64,000 bases of DNA, taken from NCBI RefSeq assembly GCF_023055435.1, contig NW_025963890.1, forward strand, positions 65,844,001 to 65,908,000, in the 5' to 3' direction. This stretch comes from Haliotis rufescens. Taxonomy: Eukaryota. Position 1 is the first letter of the stretch, and every line of letters begins with the position of its first letter. The notes beneath the pieces were generated by a model. The model was given only the letters and a program-made list of their open reading frames with translations, was not told the origin of the DNA and searched no databases. The position numbers and the translations under genes are program-made. Positions 13,901 to 25,900 of the stretch are shown here, one piece after another.

Positions 13901-16900
13901 TGCCATCATCAAGTTCATAAATATTTTGAAATGTTGATTTTCAATGTAATTAGAAAAAGTCATAAAAACACTACCCAAAGAAGAAATATATAAATAACTA
14001 GCAAATCCAGAAATGCAGTGATAAAAGAATCAAAACAAAGTGCACAATACAATAAACTAAAGCAAAAACTCATGCACAAATACTCCTTATAACAGTTTTT
14101 ACAGGACTGCCGGTAAGCTATGCTAATGTATCTGCCATGCATACATAGGCCGATTACATTCAGCTGAAACAGGCAAGACAGCCTCACACTCTGTAGAAGT
14201 CACCTGTGCATAAAACTCCTCATAAATGACCTTGACCGTTTCCGCCTGCACGTCCCATGGCTTTGTCATTGCACAAAGGTCACACGATGTCATGGCAATG
14301 TCACGTAACACCCGCCTAGCATGTCAGGGAAAATTGAAAATTATAATTGAACAGATGTCTTTGAATGTCATTAACAACAAGTGACTCTGGAAAACGAATA
14401 CCTTTGTCGTATTAAATTGTTTTTCTTAAATGTGAAATTTATATAACATACTGCTTTCTGATTGAATCATATTCCAGTCAAATGACCATGAAAGTGACAT
14501 TCACAAGCATCTGATTGACCTATTTTGACTTTCATATGCTCATTAAGAGGTACGATTCCTCAAATGAAAGCCACTGGGCTACTGCAACATTCCAGCCGAA
14601 ACTCCAGGGAACTAACTGATGCAATTAACTGCAGAAACACTGTGTATATTGTTAAGAGATTGTATCCTTGACATAAGCGTCTTTGAAAAAGGTGAAGAAG
14701 AAATGATTTATGATCACATATTCTGTAATGAAACTTCTGCACCATGATCTAACCTACAGTGAACGAAATGAGTGAGTAAGTGAGTGAGTTCGGTTTTGAT
14801 GCCGCTTTGAACAGTATTCCAGTTATATCATGGCATATCAGCTAAATGTACAAGGAAAGCCCAAAGTAATGCAGGTCTCAGAGGTTTCCCACTTTGGAGA
14901 AACCCACAATCTTGTTTATGGTGCTGACATACCTAGAAACATAATTGGGGCAAACCAGGAATCGAACCCATAATCATGAGAACAACAGACATCATTGTTT
15001 ATAATTCTAAGAATACTACCTCTATTACATCCTTGCCATAAATCCTGTATTTCGGCTGCAATCACTGAAAACTAATCTTTAGAATTTTCAACAGAACACT
15101 GTCAACCACACATAACTAGTTGTCAAGACAATAGGACCGCCCATCGTCTAGCTCTCTGGCTTGTCAAGGCAGGAAAACCTCACCTCTTTCCCAAAGGCTT
15201 ATCATCGTAGAGACAGAAGATTGGGGAGGAGGGTGGGAGTACTTCTGAACTAATAGAGGTAGTTGCCTTAGAATTATAAACAATGATGTCTATTGTTCAT
15301 ATAATTCTTGCGAATCCTCTTCCTCTATTACAACCAATGAAGTTCAGGAATGGAATAGGTCTTCAGCAACCCATGCTTGCTTGGCGACTAACGGTATCGG
15401 GGGGCCAGGCTCAATGACTTGGTTTGTGCATGTCATCGTATTCCAATTGCGTGGATCGATGCTCATAATATCAATCACTGGATTGTCTGGTCCAGACTCA
15501 ATTATTGAAAGACTGCAATCTTGTAGCTGGAATATTGCTGAGTGCAGCATTAAACAACAAACAACCAAACAACGCTCTATCACATCATTGCCAGAATATA
15601 CCAGAGAGATAGGCGGGTTCTGGCTCTGGTGTGCTCCCAGTGTAGCGGATAGTGGTATAATATTCTTGTGATTTCATCCCCTAATAGTTGTTTCCAATCC
15701 TGAAGGTGAAAAACCAACTATCAAATCACTTCATGTGCAAAACACAAATATGTAGTATCTTCACTAGAACTACCAACTATTTGTTATTATGCAATCATAG
15801 ATGTTCTAAACCTATCTCTCATACATATTATCTTTTCTAATTTTGTGACGTCACTTTCGGTCTATTATACTTCCGGGTGTGACGTCACTTCCAGGTATTG
15901 TTGCTATATGTTGTTATTTCTGGTTCTGACATTCCTTATTTCCCTTCAAATTGTGATGTCAATTCCGGTTTTAAGTGTTCTTTCTGGTTTTGTGACGCCT
16001 TTTCCGGCTAACTCTGGTCCAGGACGTCACTTCCGGTTATGATGACACTTCATTGTGACGCTTCTCCCGAGAGCATAGAATATTGCCTTAATTTCTAGGC
16101 AGTTTATGTTAAGGTTCTTTTCGGAAGTGTTCCAAAGACCTTGAATCCTGATATTGTCCATATTAGGCTCCTGAAAAGAGACATATACCAACAGAGTGGT
16201 CGTATGGGACGAGATGGTACTGTGAGCAACATCTTCAAGGTCTTTGCTTAATGATACTGCAGGGGGGTAAGACATCAAAGATGTAGCATGGATCTGGCCC
16301 TATGTGTACACTAATAATGTCTGGTGATGGTCTCTGACTTCGTTGGATATACCACCAAACCCAGATAAGTTGGCCAGGAAGATCCTGTTGTAACTGTGAC
16401 CTGTCTTGATTCGGTGCCCCCAAACCGTCTAGGTAGACATGAAGATGGACTAGTTGCAGACGAAACCGTGAGTCTGGTGAATATCCAAGGTACTATAGAT
16501 ATCCCGAATGGAAGAACCTGAAATTCATATCTCCTTCCATTGACGGCAAAACATGGAGATATGCTCATGAACCTCACTGTCTGCCTTTCCCAGAGTTGAA
16601 AGCCACTTCTGTATTGATTCCATCTGGAACTGGCGTGGCGGTGCTAGAAAAGACTTGCTCAGGATCTTGCCTGCTATTATCATTCTCATGTCTGGGGAAT
16701 TCTTCTCTGGTGCAAGAAATGTAAAATCATCTGTGATGTAGCAGGGCATAGAGTCATCCCACAGATGACATCACTGCCATGACAGTTTGCTCAAGGGGTT
16801 AACCTCTTTGGTCATGTGGACAAGGTGTCTAGAAAAACCTCAATGACAATGTTTGCAGTTTATAGCTTGGCTCATTCCAGATGGAATCTTTGGCCTTCTG

Positions 16901-19900
16901 GCAGGATTACAAATAGAGGATAGTGGTGGAAGTAAAGCTTGTACCATTTTGATACAACGTTCAGGATCTAGCCATTGGACTTGATCTGCTTCCAGTTCTA
17001 GGTGCATGACAAGAGATGTCCCCCAAGTTGGCGTTATGTTGACAGTCGGCAGTCTTAAATCGTGGTCCATAGTTAATGCCAGGTCGATAGGATGTAGAGA
17101 TTGTTGAAAAGAATCATTCCTGATGGGTCTTGTTGTGTCTGCTGAAATTTCTTCAAAGGATTCCGGTAGCGTGGTGACGTGTCAGATACTGGTCACAAAC
17201 CAAATCATCCAAATCTTTAAACCTAGCTGAAGGTAGGTCAAATCTTGAGTTTGGAGACTCTCATCCAAAACTTGAGAATCTGGTAGAGGTACAGTCATGT
17301 GTCTGATATTGTTTCTTCTTCAGCGACGTAAAGGGGAGATGATAATCGTGTCTCAGCCTCCATAAATTCTCTGACGCAAGGTCAATGATCTTGTGAGCAT
17401 AGCTTGGCCATTGAAGAGAATGATGTACTCTAAGAGGTGAATGGGGTCTGAGATCCAGTATACTCTGGTATTTGAGGGAAGTCAAATTCCTCCAACTTCG
17501 GATGTATCAAAGGTATTAATGATACAGCTGTCCAATCTGCTCCGAGGTAGAGAAATGAGGATCAAAATCTCCCGACAGAGAATAATCAGATCCATCAAAA
17601 TTATCTTCAACTTCCTCTTAGTCTGTGGGGTCAGATAGAATCTTTGGGGGTGACCTGGCGTATGGCGGCCAGATCAATCAAAGGAACCATGTGATTTTCA
17701 CACGTGTCAAGGTCCGAAAGGGACCACAATGATTTAGGCCCGTGGAGAGTGAGTGAGTGAGTGAGTGAGTGAGTGAGTGAGTGAGTGAGTGAGTGAGTGA
17801 GTGAGTGAGTGAGTATGGTTTTACGCCGCTTTTAGCAATATTCCAGCTATATCACAGTGGGGGACACCAGAAATGGGCTTCACAGATTGTACCCATGCCG
17901 GGAATCGAACCCGGGTCTTCGGAATGTGGAGCGAACGCTTTAACCACTAGGCTACCCGACCCGCCCTGTGGAGTGTGAGACTCTAATCCATATGAAACAG
18001 TTCTCAAACAGTCTGCTTGGTTTCATTGTCTTCTCTACAGTCTTTATCCTGGGTGTTCAGGATAGCCAAATCTGAATGCTTCTGAGATGTCCAAGAGGCT
18101 TGGCTTCAGAAGAACCTCTAGGGTAACCGTGTGGTGATCGTGACGATCTGGTAACGGACGATGACTTGGCGCCTGTCGGGTCTGTGCAGGTACCGTACTG
18201 AGACTGTGACGACCAGGTAAGGGCTGGTGGATTGACTCCTGTACTGGAACTGTGCTCTGCAGAGACGGTGTTTGTCTGGTCCATGTGGTAGGTGGATAAT
18301 TGGCTGGTAGATTGGCTTCCCTCGCGACAGTCCTGATTACCGTGCGGTGAACGTGCCAGCTATGTATTCTTGGTGAAATATAGCTGAATGGCATCTAGCT
18401 CTCTGGTCAGTTAGTGACAAGCTGGGCGCTCCCTCAGAAGGTCGTACGGCCATGGTAGTAGACAGGAGATGTTTATCCAGCGGCTGTCCACCTTGCGGCA
18501 TCTTGGCCAGGGACTTCTTGGCTTGATCGCAGGAGCCTTAGGCGTTCCCGATCCTGATCCATCTTGAGTAGCAGTTGAGGGTGAGGAAATAACATCGGCG
18601 ATGGCATCCATATTTAATATTTAATGAAATACCATGACCAATGTTAAGTGACAATAGTGAATGAGTAGAGAAAATTATCAATGACAACAGAACATCTAAT
18701 ATCTGTCTAATAAAAGCTGTGAAAGAAGTATTGGGAAGGCAAAAGTTAACGATCAATATGCATTGTTAAAAAAACAAGAAAAGAAAATGGTCTAATCATC
18801 ACAGTATTTCGTGATTTTATTTCACGTGGCGAGGACAATAGCGATGTCATTTGATTGCGATGTCATGGTAACCAATGATGTCACAAAGGGTTGCAAAGCA
18901 TTGCAATGCAATATCTTTGTAGCGTTATCTCCTACATTATACGCCAATGGAAGCCAGTTTTGCTAATTTCTTTCTTTACCATCACTAAAAAAATATGGAT
19001 TTCCATCAAATTAACTATTTATGAAACAAATTATCCTTCTGGCTTCCATTTGTCCATTGCCATTGCTATAACCTATCATTTGCTCATTGCCCATTGCCAG
19101 TCATTGATAATTTAAGTCCTGGCTTCCAATTGTCCATCGCTATCAACTATTCATTAACTAACTGTCGTGTGTTGGCTTCCATTTGTCCATTGCAAATCTT
19201 CTATCAGCAGCAATGAACTGATGGCTTCCCTTGTTAAGTTCCTCCCTTTGTTATTTCATTACTTTTGTTGTTCTAGCTTACAGGAACATATATATGTCCT
19301 CTGCCTCATAGCATTCATTCACCTGATGAAGGAGCAAGTATACACTCTGAAACGTTGTGTTCCTCATAATAGAGAAGTTAACATCAATAATTTTTCTTCC
19401 TTATGTGTATCACTTCTAAATGCCATTCAAAGACTATTTGTAAAACACTAATGTAAAATCAGCTACTCTTGCAGTAGTTGCCTTACATTGATGATCTTTA
19501 CTCTAGAGTGGACATTTTTATCAGAAAATACATAAAAACATAGCATTAGCACACACAGATTTCATCTAGAGATAGTACATATTTCACAATATTCCACTGT
19601 TAGACTTTGAGGCTAAACAAAACTTTGCTCAAAATAATCTAATGTCAGTGCCAGACATGATCTGAATCAGTCAGTACATACATTACGTAATAAACACATT
19701 TTTTATGTTAAGCAAACAATGGAGAGACTGCACAACAACATATTAAATATCTCAAATAAAGAAGTTAAAAAACAAATTCAAACACAATTCAATGCACATG
19801 AGAATGACCTAAACATGAATATAGAGACAACTAAGAATATCCTTGTGACTCAAACAATCATTACCAGTATATCATTATGTGCATGAGATTATAAGTTAGT

Positions 19901-22900
19901 GAGTGAGTTTGGGTTAACACCGCTTTTAACAGTATTCCAGTTATATCTCGGCGTGTCAGCTTAATGTGGGAGGAAAGCCCAAAGTGATGCAGTTCTCAGA
20001 CGTTTACCACTTCGATGAAACCAACGAGCACGGGTATGGTGCTGACAAACCTAGAAACATAATCGGAGTGAACCGGGATTTGAACCCACAATCATTGGTA
20101 TCTGGCATGCCCAAGGGACGCAACTCTGCACAGCGAATCGCAGCGCCTTAGACGACTGGGCCACCCGTGACCCAATGAGATTAAAAGAAAGAATTATTGA
20201 AAAACATTGAATCATAATCTTTGTCCATGGTTTGCTGTCCAAATCATTGGCTATCACACATGACTGTGTGTGAGTTTACCTGTGTTCCTGTATGTCCCAT
20301 GAAAAGTCATTCCTGTCTGCAATGTCCTTTAACTTGGCTCTGTTCCCAAAGAACAGTGCCAGGTCTGTAGCCAGAATGCAGTGCCGGATGTCACCCAGAA
20401 CCTGCAATGACAGTAGCTATATACAGGAACAATGGCTGCTATCTGGATTCAAGGAGTGTTGATTATGCCTACCTCAAGTATCAATACATACATTCTAAAT
20501 TCTCCATGTTCAACATGGCCCAGTTAAATTTCTAAATCCACCATGTGCAACGCAGCCCAGCTCAATTACTAAATTCTCCATGTTTCATGTTGTCCCGCTA
20601 AATTACAAAATCCTCCATGCTCAACCCATCCTAGCTCAATTACAAAATCCTCCATGTTCAACTCAGCCCAACTAAATTACTAAATTCTCCATATTCCACG
20701 CGGCCCAGCTCAATTACAAAATCCTCCATGTTCCACGTGACAAAGCTACCTTACTAAATTCTTTATGTTCCATACAGCCCAGCGGAATTATTAAAATCTA
20801 CTTTCTTGTAAGATATAGAGTCTATTCCCCATCTGTAGTGCATAGATATACATGTAACTTCTCAGAGACCACCTTACCTTTTTGTATTCTTCTGAACACA
20901 GGTGCTTGAAGATATTGTGACCTTCATGCTGCAACAATCAAATTCCAGTATTACAATCACATGCAAACTGACACCACTGAAACATTACCATACAGGCTGA
21001 TATATATGTATCTGGTCTACAACATAACATAAGATATTACTGTGTTTTATCTATATATTTGATCTGTACCTCAGAGCCAGGTCTACATCATAAGTTGTCC
21101 ACCGGTCTCGAGGGGTATATGGTGTGATGTATGAATGAATGTTGGTAATCCCGACAAGCGATCCCTCAGGGAATAATATGAGTTGTCGCAGGATCATGAG
21201 GGGTACATGGGGTTTTATGCATCCTGGATTAGATTTTATACCATGAACCAAAGAGTGGTATAAAATCTAATGAGGGACGCATAAAACACAGTGATCCCCT
21301 TGTGATCCTGCTACAACAAATTCATCTTACCAACATGCTTTAATGTGACATTGTTATAGAATTAACACACATTCAAAATTGATAGAAAACAGCGATTTGA
21401 TTGAGCTGAGGTTAACTTGTGCAATGTCATGTGACTTATGCGTGATAAGCAAGTTACCTAGATGTTTCCGTATATATTTCCCGGGCTACAAGGAAAATTA
21501 TTTCCCTCTCCATAACCAATCAAAACCTGTGTGCGAAATATGCATGTCGGAAAGCACACGTAAAACCTCCAATCATCTCTCTCTCTCAACAAATGTTATA
21601 TTGTGGATAACATCTTGTTAGTAAAGTACAGATTCTAGTACTTTTTTGGGTTGAGTCCCATCCGGGATTCGAACCCACACTGCCAGAGTGATGCACCTAA
21701 TCGACAGCACACAAAGTCAGCAATCTAACCCACTCAGCCACACTAAGATAATGAAGCCTGCACCATGTGACCCACGACATGCTACTGTGGGGCCCAGCAT
21801 GCTACCTGCAGTATCGCGACTGTCTGGTTGAAGTGATGATGTTCCATGGTGGAGGTGGAGTAGATGGCTGCCAAGGGGGAGGCACTCTTCACCATGAAGG
21901 CGTTGGTCTTCCCGCGATGATCCAAGTCATGACACAGGCATGCCACAAACAGTGCCAGGCTCTGAAACAGATGAACAACATTGGAATTCAACTTCCATGT
22001 GATCTGACGAGGACATTAGTTGACACCGGAGTAAAACAAATGTACCACGAATTACCCCATTTAGATGTTTCAGAATACTTGTGCCTTCACTGATATTAAT
22101 ACATGAAACTGGGGACATTTGGCACACCATGGCACAGTGTGATCACCAAAAGTCATACTGAGGTTAGCTCACTGGTGTCCTGCCCTACTAGCATTACAGT
22201 TATTATACACAGCCTATTAGGGGAATATGTAACTGACTGACCTCAGTTGTTTGATAGGCATTTCTTAGAAGTTGATGGAGGGCAAAGTAGACACAATTTA
22301 TTGTCAAGTGATCCCTCGGGGAATATTATATGTTATTGCAGGATCATGAGGGGTACATGGGGTTTTATGCATCCTGGATTAGGTTTTATACCATGATCCG
22401 GAGAGTGGTATAAAATCTAACGAGGGACGCATAAAACCCAGTAATCCCCTTGTGATCCTGCTACAACAAATTTATCTTACCAACATACTTTAATGTGACA
22501 TTGTTATAGAATTAACACACATTCAAAATTGATAGAAAACAGCGGTTCGATTGAGCTGAGGTTATCTTGTGCAATGTCACGTGACTTATGCGTGATAAGT
22601 TACCTAGATGTTTCCATATTGATCCGTATGGATAACAACTTCTTTATTTTACTGCAAAGGCAACGTTTCGGTATAGACCCTTATAAGTTGTCAAAAAGGA
22701 GTAAACAAGAGTCATGACTGACCTCAAGTGGAGTAAACAGTAGTCATGACAGACCTCAAGTGGAGTAAACAGGAGTCATGACTGACCTCAAGTGGAGTAA
22801 ACAGGTGCCATGACTGACTCAAGTGGAGTTAACAGGAGCCATGACTGACCTCAAGTGGAGTAAACAGGAGACATGACTGACCTCAAGTGGAGTAAACAGG

Positions 22901-25900
22901 AGCCATGACTGACATCTAGTGGAGTAAACAGGAGCCATGACTGACCTCTAGTGGAGTAAACAGGAGTCATGACTGACCTCTAGTGGAGTAAACAGGAGCC
23001 ATGACTGACCTCTAGTGGAGTAAACAGGAGCCATGACTAACCTCTAGTGGAGTAAACAGGAGCCATGACTGACCTCAAGTGGAGTAAACAGGAGCCATGA
23101 CTGACCTCAAGTGGAGTAAACAGGAGCCATGACTGACCTCAAGTGGAGTAAACAGGAGCCATGACTGACCTCAAGTGGAGTAAACAGGAGCCATGACTGA
23201 CCTCTAGTGGAGTAAACAGGAGCCATGACTGACCTCAAGTGGAGTAAACAGGAGCCATGAGTAACCTCTAGTGGAGTAAACAGGAGCCATGACTGACATC
23301 TAGTGGAGTAAACAGGAGCCATGAGTAACCTCTAGTGGAGTAAACAGGAGCCATGACTGACATCTAGTGGAGTAAACAGGAGCCATGACTGACCTCTAGT
23401 GGAGTAAACAGGAGCCATGACTGACCTCAAGTGGAGTAAACAGGAGCCATGACTAACCTCTAGTGGAGTAAACAGGAGCCATGACTGACCTCAAGTGGAG
23501 TAAACAGGAGCCATGACTGACCTCAAGTGGAGTAAACAGGAGCCATGACTGACCTCAAGTGGAGTAAACAGGAGTCATGACTGACCTCAAGTGGAGTGAA
23601 CTGGTGGGCTGCCCGCTTGATGACTGTGTACATGGAGTGCGCCACTGAAAACGCATGAACCCAGTTGTGGTAGGGCACATTGCGGTAGTTCTTCCGCACA
23701 GTCAGCGTGAACCGAATCAAAGCATCCGTGTCAAACCTGAAAATTTGAATTATTTGATAAATGTCCATTTCGTAATAATTTACGACAAACTTACATACCA
23801 ACAATATATTAATGGATCTGACACTTACAGCGCAAGAACCAAATACGTTTCCCTGTTCTGTTTCTTATTTTATATTATATTTTTCAGAATTATGTAGACT
23901 CCAACAACACTGAGCTACCAGTAGACATAAATATTGGCAGGTGCACTCTTTCTGTAAGACACACATCGATCAATGGAATCAGTATTGTTGACATATACAT
24001 TATGATCAAATACAAAGATTGATTTAAGATACTAGGATTGGTTTTAAGAAAGTGCTACAATGCTGTGACCTTGTTTCCTCAGTATTGCATTTTGAGTGCA
24101 ATCTTAAATTCACAAGTCCAGAAAATATGTTTTCCTGGGGCAACTGAAGTGACTTCACGTCTTGCAAGAAACAGAACTAAGAGCATGTGATGTAAAATAA
24201 CTTGTGGTGAAAAGTGAGAAATGAGAATCAACAACTATTTGGAACCAAATACAACAGAGCAACTTTCAGTGGTCAAGTTTATCAATCTCCAAAATTGTAT
24301 TTAATGTCGGTCCACACTCAAGTAGGTTTACAATTATTTTCTTCTTCTTAAGAACAATTATTCTGATTGAAAGAATGTTTTCATATAAGGCATTTTTAAT
24401 ACTTGGTGAATAAATGTGACAACCTTCAATTTCACAAATGTGGAATCAAATTTAAAAAACCAAACCAAAAAAACATGTCTTTCCTTCCTGTCAAAAAGTT
24501 GTTAACTTCTTTCAGCAATCAAATAAAAACTTCAATAGAGGTCAACATAAGTAAGGAAGGATATTTCAATACACTTTTCATGTTTTGTTTTCAATTTAAT
24601 TTAAGTTTCTTAAGGTGAATACCATCAAAGATCTGAAAGCCAACTGATACAGATGAGGTCTACTGATGACCATTTCATATTCTGTGTGTAAGAGGGGGGA
24701 ATGGAGGGTTGGGGTCAGGATGGATTTGTTTTACAAAAACAATTTGTTCAATGAAAAATACTAGAAAAATAATCTTGCCTCAGATTTTGCTGGGTGTCAA
24801 GACTAACAAAGAAGTTGGTTAAAAAAAAAAAAAATGAAAAGCAAAAGATTGTATGTCATGAAAATGTCTGGGATGTCTCCATAATCCCCCAACCCTCCAA
24901 GAATATTAAATGGTCAGTCTCCAAATATCTCTTATACTAAGGAGATAGTTCTAGCTCTAACAACATTAGTTCTATAAGCTTTAAGCCAATACAGGACATA
25001 CCGTCATCACAACTCTATCAACTCAGTATTTACTTAAAGGAATTTTTTCACATCTTTTATCTTTTCAGATTTATAGTTTCGTTTGCTAAAAACAAGATAG
25101 CAAAGAAGGATTCACAAAAGGCTGAAATACTTTTGAATGGAATTTGTAAAACTTAGCTTGATAGTGTACATGATGAGTGTATATATATATATATATACTA
25201 CTCAAAAGAAGTTAAGGATCACCCGATTCTTTCATATTGGTAATGTTAATCTGTCATGGCATGAGAGATTAACTATTGTAATATGAAAGAATCAGGTGAT
25301 CCTTAATTTCTTTAGAGTAGTATATATATATGCGTGTGTGTGTGAACTTGCAGTGCATCAGACTTCTACAAATACAGAATCATTGTAAATAACGTGATAC
25401 TTCATTTCAATGATGTAAAAAATATCAGTTACATGTGAACAGATTTTGAAATTACAAATACTGAATGAAAATAACGGTTGAAGTAAACCTGTAAATCCTT
25501 ACATACAGTAGTCATGTCAATCAATGTATACTGAGCAAAAATAATTAAGAATCATGAATATTTTTTTGGATATTTTTTTGGAATATTGTGTGCTCTGTCT
25601 CCACTACGAAGCAAATATCACAAAAAATATTCATGACCCCTTAATGTTTTTATTCAGTATCTGTTCGTTTTGCAAACAATTCACTTCCATGGTTCCATGA
25701 ATACTTGAATCCATGACACTTCAGGGAAGTATATAGGCTTGCGAATATTCTGTACTATATCCATAGCAAATGTCTGTTTAGGTTTAATCGTAGGAAAAGA
25801 TTTGTTTGTTTGCCACACTCAGCAATATTCCATCTATATGACAGCAGTCTGTAGGTAATCAAGTCTGAACCAGACAGTCCAGTGATTGATATCATGAGCA

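Noticed and set aside
21635-21741. tRNA-like sequence on the minus strand (also the SINE heads at 8118, 20173 and 51608)
   Set aside because: A and B boxes are present but there is no proper cloverleaf or acceptor stem; they read as SINE heads, not tRNA genes.
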